Source of the DNA: Lingula anatina
Taxonomy: Eukaryota > Animalia > Brachiopoda
DNA length: 64,000 nt
Direction of reading: 5' to 3'
Assembly: GCA_051362555.1 (NCBI GenBank)
Contig: CM120641.1
Location: 310,001 to 374,000 of the forward strand
In this document: piece after piece, positions 1 to 13,508 of the stretch
How positions within the stretch are numbered: the stretch's first letter is position 1
How the letters are laid out: each line of letters opens with the position of its first letter
Notes under the pieces: generated by a model
The model's input: the letters and a program-made list of their open reading frames with translations, nothing else
Database searches by the model: none
What the model was told of the DNA's origin: nothing
Translations under genes and position numbers: made by a program

Positions 1-495
1 TGATGTCGTACATCTAAACATACAGAAAAGGGAAAAAACATGTTGAAATTGAAAATATCATTTTAGAAACATCATTCTTAAAATGGCCCAACATCTTGCT
101 CTCACAGCTACTTTCTTGATATATCTGATAATTAAGCCAATCTTGGCAAAAAAATGCGTGCACCTTATTATCAATAATTATCCATGGCGGATTGTCACCA
201 GAGCTGCATGAAATGTCCATTTTCCCCAACTCTGTCGTCATGTTTATCCAGGTAACCCTGGTGTTGTCTGTTTTATAGTTGCAGTGCTTCAGACGCATAT
301 GTAACCTTAAATAAGAGAGAATTGAAGAAAACTGAAAAGTCATGTTATTTTTATATATTTTATCTCTTTTTTTTTTCTGTATTATTAATTCAGAGAGAGA
401 GAGGAACTGCAGGTCCAATGACACAAATAAAACAATCATTAGTGTCAGCACTGTCTTGAGTAATAAGTGAAACACAACTGCCTGCTGTACAGTAA

Positions 496-721
496 CACCC
501 CATTTCCATAGATTTTTAGATCGATCTATCCCTGTGGGGAGTCTCACTAGATTACTGTCAGCTTGGCCGGCTTAAGCGTCTGTCCCGCCTACTAAAAGCT
601 GTAAGGGGGTAATTAACTATGGTGCCCGCTCGGCTGACCGCAATTTAGCGTGAACCCCCAGGGAGTTAGGTCGATCTAAATCTTAATCTTTAGATCGATC
701 TAAATCTCTGGGAAAGCACCC
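496..721 (+). mobile_element. ~215-bp MITE family copy (PIF/Harbinger-like), diverged ends
   Basis: Same internal sequence as 3220-3434 (inverted) and 37921-38135; boundaries approximate. Confidence 0.7.
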
Positions 722-1499
722 TATAACTGGGGTTGTAATTGTAAACCACTCTCCAAGGAAATAAAATCTATCAGTAAACATTCCAAACAAGAGAAGTTTT
801 CCTAATATTACATAAAGCATTTTGAAAACTTTCTGTTTTGGACTGAATTAATTTAATGCAAAATGATGACTCCAACGTTAATAAACCATGCGCTGACTGT
901 GACGGTCAGAATTTTCTCGATTTATGGGGTACTGCCATACAATGGTGACCGTATCCGGTCATTCTTCTTTCCTAATTTGTCCGAGTTCCCAGAACTGAGT
1001 ACACCTTTTTATTATTGTCATTATTTACTCATTATTATACTGAATGAAAGCTTTAAAACCTCTAATTGGTGAGCTGAAGACAGTGAAATGTCACCCTGCA
1101 AAATGTAAGCAGACGAACTCTTTCAAGTTTAGTCGAGATCTGTCATTTTCATATTTTACATTGAACCTGTCCGTGATTTTACTGTAATCATCACAATGTC
1201 AGACGATGACTCATTTCTTCGCTCTTGAAATGGCCGCCTAAATGCACACTGCCAAACCAATCTTACTCTTAAGACCTAAGCTTCACATCTTCAATCAACC
1301 GGTTCCAAAACAGCTACGGAGCATGATATATTTTTACTTCATTTGATGTGCAGCAGACGCAGATTTGCGTTACCAGTGTTTATAAAAAATAAATAAAATA
1401 CCACCTGATATAACATAAATGTAGTAGCAAATTAAATGATCATTTTTAGCATTTTGCCCAGAAATTTCATCGAGTGCGGGATTGCAATGAGAGACTTGT

Positions 1500-1615
1500 G
1501 GGAGTTACCAATATGGCGGTGTAGCAAAATGCACCAGGAAAAGATTGTAAACAAGATTTGAGGTCAGAAAAAAAACTAAATATGGTTTGCTGACAATAAG
1601 GATCGGCGTGTAAGT
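1500..1615 (+). promoter_or_regulatory. Putative non-coding first exon / promoter of the aftiphilin gene
   Basis: Locally CpG-richer; YY1-like ATGGCGG near 1513; strong donor GTAAGT at 1610 upstream of the acceptor at 3858. Inference. Confidence 0.45.
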
Positions 1616-2560
1616 AATTTGGTCGTTTATTTTAAATGACAGGTTATTGTTATAATTTACATTTATGGTGAATGTGTAATGATGATGCATAATAATGAGT
1701 TATTATGTACGAGTAATACGACCGATGTCTCAAAAAATATCACGGGCGGTTAATATGAGTTCGCGTCCGATTGATTTTTAATGGTATGTGCTTTATAGCA
1801 AAATCAATCGCATAAAATCGTATGCTTTCATGAAGGACAAGAAAAAATGCCCCTATGATTTCTACTTTCTCTACTTCTGTGTTGATACCTACTCAAGCCA
1901 GGCACTCATTGAGTCACTGTGGAAAATTAATGTAACTAAGAATGATGTTTTTCTAACACACTGGAGATGTTCACTGATTCTGCATAGTAAGGCTCTGTGG
2001 TAATAATCATATAAAGGGTATATTGCACAAGATCTGTTTGTTATTTGTTTTAGCAAATTAATGTGTCATATTAAAATGAGCACTACAGTGCCACACAGCA
2101 CAGTTGACTAGAGAGAACGACTCCAATCACTAGTAAACATAGGAAACGGTCATTCTCAAGAAGATAGATCGATAAAAAGTGAATATATTACTAGGTAATT
2201 AATATTGTTGATCCAACTTGACAAACAAGTATGTTTGTTTATAAATCATCGGGTTGCACACCATATGGCCACTTAATATATATTTCAGATGACCCAACAT
2301 AAACAAATCTTCACACTGAACCATACCAATTTTTCAAAATTGGATCAATGATAATAACCTAGCAATATATTTTGCTTTTAAATAACCTTATTTTGATGCA
2401 AATGACAGTTTTCAGTGTTTATTTGCATCCTGATTCCTTTTATTTAGTGTATTGCACATTTTAGTATGACTAGTGACATGTGTCAGTAGTTCTCATTAAT
2501 CTAGTGGTAAGAGTAGACTAGAAATATGACGGGGTGTCCATGTTACAGTTATATGATGTT

Positions 2561-2593
<33 letters not shown>

Positions 2594-3219
2594 TTTCTTT
2601 ATCAAAGCACAATGCACACCATTTACCCAGACAGGTTTTTCTGCAGCATTCATATCCCCAAAATTATATTTCCCCACATAATACACTGCGGCACTATAAC
2701 TTTCCCCTCTTTAGTTTTTAAAGATGTATTTTTGATAAAATTGTATATTGTCTGTGTTTATTGATAAGACAACAGACAACTTGCATTGATAAAACCAATA
2801 ATAAGTGAAAGTTGACTACATTAAGAAATCACAAGCAAGTTACCTCAAGGGCAGTAGAATGGGCATATTTCTTTCCCACTAAATTGCTTATAACTCATAA
2901 GTTGAATGAACAGGTATTTTCAAAGTCTGGTTTTAGTGTCGCTGCTTGCCGCAGGAGCCTTATTTTTTACACAGCTAATGTGAAGTAGCCTTGGTGTATT
3001 TGTTTTTAATCAACAGCTAACCAGCCACCACTGGTGAAAATTGGATGTTGAAAAAAACTGTAAGGTAGCTTGCTAGTAACATTCAGTATTATAGATAACA
3101 GTGGCTTAGACTTTAAAAGTAAAAGTTTTCTCATAGCTTTGTCTTTAAAATGAAAATATCATTTATATTTGACTGATTTGCCCTTGTTTTGTGTCTGGGA
3201 TGTGCCTGAATGTAACTTA

Positions 3220-3434
3220 GACCCCATTTCCAGAGATTAGATCGATCTACTTTAGATCGACCTAACTCCCTGGGGGTTCACGCTAAATAGCTGTCAGCCG
3301 AGCGGACACGAAAGTTAATTACCCCCTTACAGCTTGTAGTAGGCGGGACGGACATTTAAGCTGGATTATCTGACAGTAATCTAGTGAGACTCCCTGCGGG
3401 GATAGATCGATCTAAAAGCTCTGGGAATACAGCC
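3220..3434 (-). mobile_element. 215-bp MITE with TTA target-site duplication (PIF/Harbinger-like)
   Basis: TTA at 3217-3219 and 3435-3437; imperfect TIR GACCCCATTTCCAGAG...CTCTGGGAATACAGCC; reverse complement of 37921-38135. Confidence 0.8.
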
Positions 3435-3522
3435 TTATTAAATTTATAGTATATACAGCATGCTCTCATGTCAGTTTTCTCATGTTCAAAGAGCACCTGT
3501 TACTTAAAAGCTGTATTTTAAT

Positions 3523-3580
3523 TACGCAGCTCTTCAAATATTGAATTATTAAAGTAATTCAATATTTGAAGAGCTGTGTA
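3523..3580. repeat. Near-perfect inverted repeat (hairpin)
   Basis: CAGCTCTTCAAATATTGAATTA-ttaaag-TAATTCAATATTTGAAGAGCTG: 22-bp perfect arms, extendable through a G-T pair. Confidence 0.85.
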
Positions 3581-3891
3581 TTTAAGCAGGCTAGTCAAGT
3601 TAATATCAAAACCCAATGTTTATGAGCCCTTTTGAGTGTTACACTTCAATTAAACTTGAGTAACATATTTCTCAAATTTTGATTGGTCTACTAGTGTTTT
3701 TTTGTTTTTACATTTCATATTGAATGCAAAATAGGGATTTTTGAGCATTATAAAGAATGCTTTTATTGAACATATACTTATTTAAATCATTCAGAAGACG
3801 TCAGACTTTTAATCAGTCAGTGTTAACTTGAGATAAGATATTGTATTTTTTTTTCCAGATATACTCTTGGAGTTGGCCTTTTCCAAGCAGC

Positions 3892-6800
3892 ATGTCATCT
3901 AACTTCATCCCCATGCTTTCGTCAAGTCCTCCTCCTCTGGATGAGATCCAGTCATTTGACGATGGCTGGGGAACAGAGGATGGAGATGATGAATTTGGAG
4001 GCTTTGCCAGTGCTGAGACAAGCCCTTCAAAGCAGGGACCATTTGGTGATGAGTTTGGGGGCTTTGCAAGTGTAGAAAAAGGTCCAACAAATCAACCATC
4101 TCTTGAAAAATCCAGTAGTGATGATTTTTCCTCAAGCTCAACATCATTAAATAAAGCACCAAACCATACTGAGTTCTGTGGGAATTCCACTCATGACGAC
4201 CCAGGTGATTGGCAAAATTTTGCAGACTTTACCTCTTTTCCGTCTTCATCAGACCCTATCAGTTGTGATGACTGGGTGACAGAGGAGAGAAGTCCCCATA
4301 CTAATAACGAGGAATCAGGTGAAAGTGACTGCAGAGAAGATGCTGCTCCTAACTGTACCTCAGATATGCGTCGGAGCAGCAGTAGTGTTCAGGATGATTT
4401 CAGTCGTTCCACAGTTGACTCAGGAGTGGAGGTGAAAATCAACTCTCAGAACAAGATGGTCAATGGTAACACAGCAGGACAAGATGGCATCCATATGGTT
4501 GTCAGCCCAGTGAGCACTGACGATATTTCATGGGGAGATGATGGATTTAGTGAGTTTACTTCAGGGTCAGTCATTGAAACAAATGAAGAAATTCAGCTGG
4601 CAGAAAATGATATGAATGATGATAGTGAACCTAAGTCTGAAATATCAGAACTTAATAATCAAATTATCGAGAATGCAATTCCAAATTCCTCGGCGTCTCT
4701 TCCAGGAAAAGCATTTTCCAGCTCTTCTTGCAGTGACGAAGATGATACCTTAGCTGATGATAAATGTGAGAAAATGAGGACTTCAGAAAACATTTCCCCT
4801 ACAGAAAATTCAGTAATTCCATCAGATTCAGCCAACCACTGTGTTCAATTGCCATGCAGTTCACAGGGAAACGAGAATAACAATATGTCAGCTACTCCAC
4901 AGTATTTTGATGATACAAACCAAAGTGAATTGGAAGAGGAAGCATCCCAGGATAATGATGGCATTAAGAGGACCTCAGACACTGGTGACGGTATGATCAT
5001 GTCAGGTATGCAATACGATAGTTCTGATAAACATACATTGGCAATGGAAGAGCCAAGTGCAACAGTGTCAGATAATGAAATCTTACCTGGTTCTGGAGAT
5101 GTCAGTTCAGAAAAGTCAGACAACAAAGAGGAAGACTGGCTCGAAGCAGAAATCCAGAATGAGCAGAATTTAACTTTGCAGGATAACAGTACAGGGGAGA
5201 GCAAAGATACAACAAATAAGAATCTTTCCGAGGATTTGTCTTTTAACAGTTTTGACAATAATGATGCCTCGTTTGCAGCTTTCCAGTCAACAGAGGGTGC
5301 TAGTGATGGGGGATGGGCAGCGTTTGAAGACACTGAAGTATCAGGCCAAGATGGCGGTTGGGCAACATTCCAGGATGCCGCACCGGATGGTGCTGTGTCA
5401 GCAGCGGACTTTGGAGACTTTACTGCTTCAGATGATGTTGATGACTTTGGGGATTTCAACAAAAATAACCAGGAGGACGGGGGTGATGATTTTGGCAAAT
5501 TTAGTGTGAAAGAGGACAATGGGGAGGGGGATGATGACTTTGGGGACTTTGGCAATTTTAGCACCATTAAAGAAGATGACTTAAATTTATCAAAGGACAG
5601 TGAGAATGACTTTGGGCAGTTTCAGGAGGATGGCAATGATGACTTTGGTGATTTCAATATGGGTCAAGATGCAGATGACTTTGAAAATTTTGACGATGCT
5701 GGGATTGGGAATGGTTTTGGTGCTTTTGATTCTCATGAGCCTCAGCAGAATGTGTCTCTTTCCAAGGTAAAGTATGCTCTACTCTGTGCATATTGCTAGA
5801 GTGCCATTGAAAATTAAGAAATTGAGATGAAAATAAAATGAAACTTAAAATAAAAGTATTTGTTTTATTTAATATCTTTGTACAAAGACTAATAAGTATA
5901 TATTTTAGTGGCATTGTCTTCAAAATCGCTATTGATTTCTTGTGTCCTTGAAATCATATTAAAAGATTTATTTTGTCATATTTGACCTCCAATGCCAGCC
6001 TTGTGTTCAATCTGTTATCTAAATGTTTTATGTTATATTTCAGACCTCCAATGCCAGCCCTGTGTTCAATCTGTTATCTAAATGTTTTATGTTATATTTC
6101 AGACCTCCAATGCCAGCCCTGTGTTCAATCTGTTATCTAAATGTTTTGTCATATTTCAGACCTCCAATGCCAGCCCTGTGTTCAATCTGTTATCTAAATG
6201 TTTTATGTCATATTTCAGACCTCCAATGCCAGCCCTGTGTTCAATCTGTTATCTAAATGTTTTCCCCAAACAGCAAAGGAGGACGCCTCTTTTTCCTTCA
6301 GCAAACTCTTTGATGTCATATCCACCCAGACAGGAATACAAATGGAGAAACTCTCAGCCAATCAGGGGTATGCATAGAGTGTGCTGCAATGTTGTATGGA
6401 GAATTACTTACCTGAGAAATAATTGATAAGTTATCATTTATGTTTATTTGTGTGATTTTTTAAAAATATTTTGTCCTCTTATACCCTTCAATAAGCCACT
6501 AGGATAGGTTATGTAACTTCTACATCATTTGACTAAAATTTCTTTATACTTATTTAATGAATTTTATTTTCCCACTTCAGGAAGAGCTGTCTGAATGTAT
6601 GGTCTGGTCTCCATGATACAGAGAATACTGAAGCTCTCACATACCAGTGGTCCAAGTCCGTGTCCAATGACAAATTGCTCAAAGCTCTCAACATTGATAC
6701 AAGGAACATTGTAAGTTTTTGTGTGTTTTATGAAAAGTTTTGTAATCATGAGAAAGTCTGCTGTCAAAGGGGTTAACCAAAAAATATAAAAAAATTTTAA

Positions 6801-9800
6801 AAAGTAAAAGTCCAGATTGGTTGCCAGGTATGGACAGACATGTGTTGTCTATAATTCTGTGCTTCCATTTTTTAATAAGAAAATGACATTCAGAAATGAC
6901 TCTGCTTTCATTACTATGGCATGTGCATTTTGCATGACTGCAATACTTAGCCCATTATTTCACTCTATGATAAAATACAATTGGAGTAATTTATTAATTG
7001 GATTTTTGTTCAGTATTTGTTATGTGTCAGAAGTCCTAAATGTTGAGTGTTTTTCTAGCTGATGGGCCACAAAAAGCAGTCCATGCCCATCTTTGCCTCT
7101 CACCTTGGTCTTCTGGAGCCCAGCAAGGGCCCCTTACAGCCTAAGAAAATCCCCCAGCCAGAGAGCCCCCTGGTGGACACAGTGTCCAGTGTACAGCAGT
7201 CTGCCCTCACACCACAGGTATGTCTACTTCAGCAGAAGATTGGAGAGTCTTTAGGGATACTACAGTTGATACATTGATGAGAGTTTGTTTTGGCTGGTAC
7301 AGTTTTCAGTTTACAGCAATGTTCCAAATTCTTCAATGCTTTGGTAATTACTGATACAGTTTGCTACAATGTTCCAAATTCTTCAGTGCTTTGGTAATTA
7401 CTTATACAGTTTGCTACAATGTTCCAAATTCTTCAATGCTGTGGTAATTACTGATACAGTTTGCTACAATGTTCCAAATTCTTCAGTGCTTTGGTAATTA
7501 CTAATACAGTTTGCTACAATGTTCCAAATTCTTCAATGCTGTGGTAATTACTGATACAGTTTGCTACAATGTTCCAAATTCTTCAGTGCTTTGGTAATTA
7601 CTAATACAGTTTGCTACAATGTTCCAAATTCTTCAATGCTGTGGTAATTACTGATACAGTTTTAAATTGCTACAATGTTCCAAATTCTTCAGTGCTTTGG
7701 TAATTACTAATACAGTTTGCTACAATGTTCCAAATTCTTCAATGCTAGGGTAATTACTGATACAGTTTGCTACAATGTTCCAAATTCTTCAGTGCTTTGG
7801 TAATTACTAATACAGTTTGCTACAATGTTCCAAATTCTTCAATGCTGTGGTAATTACTGATACAGTTTGCTACAATGTTCCAAATTCTTCAGTGCTTTGG
7901 TAATTACTAATACAGTTTGCTACAATGTTCCAAATTCTTCAGTGCTTTGGTAATTACTAATACAGTTTGCTACAATGTTCCAAATTCTTCAGTGCTTTGG
8001 TAATTACTGATACAGTTTGCTACAATGTTCCAAATTCTTCAGTGCTTTGGTAATTACTTATACAGTTTGCTACAATGTTCAATATTCCTTGAAAAGTAGC
8101 TGGACTGAATGTCTGCTGGGTGGGAAAACTTCTTGGCCCGTTCTGAAAGTTGCCGACCCAGGCAGATGGTCCAACGTTAATTTCAAACACTGGCTGTGCT
8201 AATTACTGAAAAAATTTGCAACATTGTTCTAAATTCTTGGCACTGTTGTTTTTACTCTGTAGATTTGAACAACATTGACTGATCAAATTTCAGTGTTTTC
8301 TGGGTAGTTCCTGAAATAAGTAAATTAAAAAAATTAGTTTTTGTTCATGTTTGAATTGAGATTTTTGTAACTTAAAACTCTAAACTATGAAATATTAAGT
8401 GTTTGTAACTAGAAAGAAACTTTTCAGTGTGTGTGCATTTCTGATAATGTTGATCCTTGGTTTGCTTTTTGGTATGAATAATTCAAACATCATTGGGGAT
8501 GTATGAGTTTAAGGTATTGGCATTTTATGGCCAGCATTTGGATGGACTCAAACTGTGTTTTATCATGTTGGTAGTTCTATAATTTATTGTTGCTAGGAGA
8601 CTGTCCCCCCAGCAGAGTTTGATTGGAGCACAAGTGGACTACAGAACCCTTTGGATTGTAAGTAATCTGCATGAAATTTTTCTCTTTACCTTACATAGCA
8701 GTATCCTTAGGAATTCCTTCCTCTGTCTTATCACATGTTTACTTACTCATGACAGCAAATGTTTTGATGTATTGAAAGCTCTGTTCTAAGTTCCATTTTT
8801 GAAAAGGTTGAAAAATACAGTAGATAAATTATCAAGAGGAAATACTCAGCATTTGTGACTCAAGTTTTTTATACTTCTTCCCTAAAACCCAATATCTTAT
8901 GTTTGTGTAAATACAAAGTATCACCTGATCAGACTTTTGTGATAAAACTGCTGTCCATGAGATTTTTTGTAGACGGTTGGGTCTTAAGTGTGCCATAGGA
9001 AGATAAAACTGCCAATTGTCTAAAACAAAAGTATTAAACTAATCCAAAGAATGGCATATTTATCATATGTTTAAATGTTTTAACATGACATAATTAAGTT
9101 GTGTATGGTGTTAAACAATGGAAAATTTATATCATCACAAAACATGAGCTTTATCTTCAAATTTTACGTACAAGTTATATCGTTGGTGTCAGCATTTAAA
9201 TAGATTAATTTTTGGAGTATTTCCAAAATGCAGCTATTTACGTTCTTTTCTACCTTTGTTTAACAGCATACCTTTACCCCCTTATCAATTGTAGTAGCAG
9301 AGATAACTGGACAAAAATATGCAATTAAAATTTTTCCCTGCCAGGGAATTTTTTGGCATCCATAAATTCTTTTATACTCACCCGTCATAATTCCTAATAG
9401 AAAAATACCCTGCAAATATTATTGAACTTCAACTGAGTGGTAGAATTTGTGTTAATGTTTGTATTGATTTTACAAATATTTTGTTGATAAGATGAATGAA
9501 AAGTTCAAGATTAATCAAACATGATGTATTTATTGATATATGCAGTCATTAATATACCACAACTTGCCCTGGAATAAATTTTTAAAAATGTAAATAAATA
9601 AATAAACAATGTATCTATTGATATTGCAGACATTAAAATAGCTTAACTTGACCCTGATAAATAAATTAATAGATATATGATGTATTTATGAATATTGCAG
9701 CCACTAATGCAGCACAACTTGACCTAGATTTCTTTGGCAAAAGTTCTACTGGAAAAAGTGGTAAGTCTTTTTAAAATGTTTTATAATATCACTGTTGTAT

Positions 9801-9833
9801 TTGCCAAAATCTCTATGAAGGACTTCCTCATTG

Positions 9834-9869
<36 letters not shown>

Positions 9870-12800
9870 CAAAATTCCCAACAGTACTGCTGATTTCATT
9901 GTGTAGTGATGTCATATTTTGGTGAATCTTTGACTTTCTGGGGGATTTTATTCTGTTAATATATATCAGGCTTTTAATAACAGTTAAGTTTTAGAGTGTG
10001 TTCACAATGAATCTATCATACTAGCTAGAGCCCACTTACTCCACAGGGGACTCTAGCTGAATGCAAACAGATTAACACGCCTCCTGGCATTGCATTGGTG
10101 ATTATAAAAGAACATAGGAAACAAGAGGAATGTGTGTTAATTGCACTAACTAGTACATTACATTCATTGTGATTGCACTCTAACTGAAACTCCCAATTTT
10201 TATTCATTTTTGTTTCTGTATCACTTTTGAAGAAGCTTGTCTTCAATTACGGTTGTTTGAGAGAGAAAGAAAGAGAGAGAGAGAAAGGTATACAACTTTG
10301 TAAAAAAGGTAGTGGGTGCAAAACATCCAGAGAATGATAAAACTATTTTCAAATTGTGAGTGTACCACTTTTATTTTCTTTAGCAGACAATTACAGTTTT
10401 CAGAATCTAATTTGAATAACATTTTATGGCAGTGTGGAATGTTTCAATCAAATGTCATATTTGTTGTGCAGTTACCTCCATGCCAACTTTTTGTTAACTC
10501 TGAAAAAAATGCTATGATATGTAATAGTTACAACTCTTGTATTCATAATGTATTTATAGTTAGTGACACTATTTTAAATGATGGGTAGTTGGGTGTCATC
10601 AAAGGAGAATTCTCACAAAAAGATGACAAGAACTAACAGCAAACAGAGCTGGCAAGGTTTTATTAACCAAAATTATTAACCAAATTTATTGACCAAAAAT
10701 GTAAAGTCACTGTTATAGAAGCAAAATTTTCATGTATTGTACATGTTGGCATTGTTGACTCATTGGTAATACTGCAATTACTGCAAATTAATAACATGGG
10801 CTCAATGCTTGACATAAATTACATAATGTATTATTAGATCTGTTAAGACAAAGGATGTCTTAAAAACAGAAAATATGCTAAAATGCAATCTGAATTATTT
10901 CATCAAAAAGATGAGTGAAGAATATAGTTAAATGGAACACAACTCAAGTGATGTACATATGTTGAGTCATTTTCCAGAAAAAATGAACATTTGAGTCATG
11001 GTAGTGACATAAATTTTGAGTAATACTTGCATGATTTTGACTTGCCCCATTATGTTTACTGTGTTATCCTCAAGTACTCTTTAGTTGGAAAAAAATCAAC
11101 AGTAATAATAAAAATGCAATAAAAAACTGTCATGCAGATATATGTAACTGTCTTGTGAAGGAGCCCAGTGACACAATAGCACTTTGTTTTTAAAGTTATG
11201 TCTTTACCAAACAGACTAAAACTGAGATCAATTTACTTGTTTTGATTGAAAATTTTTAAAATCTTGTTGCCAACAAGAATTATCTTGGAATTTGTTCTCC
11301 AAATTATATTGTTATCAGCACCCTAAAGTCAACAATGCCTGGTTTATAGCTGTACATTCCAGACATTGATAAGACAAGGAAGTGGTAGAGTTTTTCATGT
11401 TCAGATAAGCTAACTTGCCAAGGTGTAGAGATGTGTGTGTGTGTGTGGGGGGTCTGAGTGCAGTTAAAGCTATAAAGTACAGTCATAATTTTCATAAAAA
11501 AGGAAGCTGTAACACACAGAAGTCAAGATTACAACTAGCTGTAACACACAGAAGTCAAGATAAAAACTAGCTGTAACACACAGAAGTCAAGATTACAACA
11601 AGCTGTAACACACAGAAGTCAAAATTACAACTAGCTGTAACACACAGAAGTCAAGATTACAACTAGCTGTAACACACAGAAGTCAAGATTACAACTAGCT
11701 GTAACACACAGAAGTCAAGATTACAACTAGCTGTAACACACAGAAGTCAAGATTACAACTAGCTGTAACACACAGAAGTCAAAATTACAACTAGCTGTAA
11801 CACACAGAAGTCAAGATTACAACTAGCTGTAACACACAGAAGTCAAGATTACAACTAGCTGTAACACACAGAAGTCAAGATTACAACTAGCTGTCTATAA
11901 ATTGAAGCAAACCTGTTGTTACTGGTTGTCTGATTATATTTATATATTCCACTTTTTGATTACTTTCAGTGATGTTTATTTGTTCGCATGAACATATGTG
12001 TCTCAAGTGCAATTTATATCATTTTTTTCTAACATTAATTAGTATGATGACAGTTTTATTCAGTTTTTACTTGTATCTTTATTGCTATCAGAGGAGTTTG
12101 ACATTTTATCTGGTAAGTTTGGTTGTTGTATTATTTCTATGTGTTAGACAGAAGGCTGAACTCAGATATGTATGCCTCTACATGTGTGGAGAAAATTATT
12201 GATCAGTTTCTAGCAAGTTTCCTGATGTTGTTGTTGTTTAATTAAAGGCAGCTCCAGAATTTTCAGGTGGCCCTCTGAGATTTTTCTAATAAATAGGAAA
12301 GAAGCTTTCATGACCTTGACCTTGAACTTGACCATTGGAAAGATCTAGCATATCTGTTATTGGTCAATACTAATCCTCACAATTCTGTAAATATTTTCAT
12401 GTGATGTAGCAAATCATTTTAGTGGGAAAAGTGAGATTGTCATGTAATCTAGACAATTGGAAAGATCTAGCATATCTGTTATTGGTCAATACTAATCCTC
12501 ACAATTCTGTAAATATTTTCATGTGATGTAGCAAATCATTTTAGTGGGAAAAGTGAGATTGTCATGTAATCTAGACAATTGGAAAGATCTAGCATATCTG
12601 TTATTGGTCAATACTAATCCTCACAATTCTGTAAATATTTTCTTGTCAAGTAGCAAATCATTTTAAGAGGGAAAAGTCGGTTTGTCACGAAACCCAGACA
12701 ATTGGAAAGATCTAGCATATCTGTTATTGATCAATACTAATCCTCTGTAAATATTTTTAATGTCATGTAGCAAATCATTTTTAGAGGGGAAAGTGGGATT

Positions 12801-13508
12801 GTTACGTAATTAAGAATATGATGAAATAATTGCCACTTCTTTATGTGCTGGGCATGTATCACTTTCATTTTTACTGAAGAAAGTTATGCATGTTTCTATA
12901 TATTACTTTGCTGTTATTGTCATGTTGCATTTTTTTCACCTGTGTTGTTGCCAGGAGTTCCCTAAGCCACAGATAGACATATTGATATTACTGGACGACC
13001 ACATTACCTGACATGATATCAAATCTATACAGGGAATGGTCTGCTGGGAGTTTGGATTTGTGCTTTTCTTGTTGGTTTCTTCTTTGATCTTCTTTTCATC
13101 TGTTACAATGGCTCCACTTTTCAGAAAATTGTGCAGAAAATTTAGTTGTTAAAATAAATCTTTCTTATGGGGCTGGTAAAAAATCCGTTTTCCATTCTTC
13201 ATATGTATATATGAATGGATCTAAATGAGGCTAAATTTTATTAATTTTTTTTTTTTTCAGCCCTGGAATCAGAGTTTCTTGGAGGATCAGATGTGGACAA
13301 GCCTGAGCCAATCAAATCAATACCGCCACTGGAAAATGTCCTGGCTACCATGCACTTCACACCAACCAGCGGAGCTCAGAAAAAGAAGAACCAACACTTC
13401 AGTCAGGAAGCGCAGGCAGTGATTGCCAAATTCCAAAACTTGGCCTTCATGAAAGCCAAGGTCCTCATGTTCCCTTTAAAAGGCTCTGACCCTACCCCTG
13501 ATCAGTGA
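3892..13508 (+). CDS. AFTPH: Aftiphilin (AP-1/clathrin accessory protein); coding exons 3892-5766, 6219-6367, 6581-6710, 7059-7217, 8597-8657, 9701-9760, (12092-12112), 13261-13508
   Basis: Acidic exon with many DDFGxF and WAAF gamma-ear-binding motifs. GT-AG exons join in phase to give [43 protein letters not shown] and [10 protein letters not shown], which match the aftiphilin C-terminus. Confidence 0.9.
5967..6263 (+). repeat. 57-59-bp tandem repeat (~5 units) spanning an aftiphilin 3' splice site
   Basis: Unit TTTCAG|ACCTCCAATGCCAGCCCTGTGTTCAATCTGTTATCTAAATGTTT, with exon-start positions at 6044, 6103, 6160 and 6219. Confidence 0.9.
7310..8080. repeat. 50-bp minisatellite, ~15 copies, intronic
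   Basis: TACAGTTTGCTACAATGTTCCAAATTCTTCA(A/G)TGCT(T/G)TGGTAATTACT(G/A)A; two variants partly alternate. Confidence 0.95.
11506..11895. repeat. 32-bp minisatellite, ~12 copies, intronic
   Basis: GCTGTAACACACAGAAGTCAAGATTACAACTA repeated head-to-tail. Confidence 0.95.
12335..12810. repeat. ~122-bp tandem repeat, 4 copies, intronic
   Basis: ATTGGAAAGATCTAGCATATCTGTTATTG recurs at ~122-bp intervals. Confidence 0.9.

Noticed and set aside
14-547. 177-aa minus-strand ORF
   Set aside because: It starts inside a MITE and crosses low-complexity DNA. A possible exon at ~164-306 has no recognisable homology, so no gene is called.
4845-5567. 240-aa Ser-rich minus-strand ORF
   Set aside because: Antisense shadow of the acidic aftiphilin exon.
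7310-11895. 50-bp and 32-bp arrays as CRISPR-like
   Set aside because: Head-to-tail units with no unique spacers, no cas genes, and a eukaryotic intron context.
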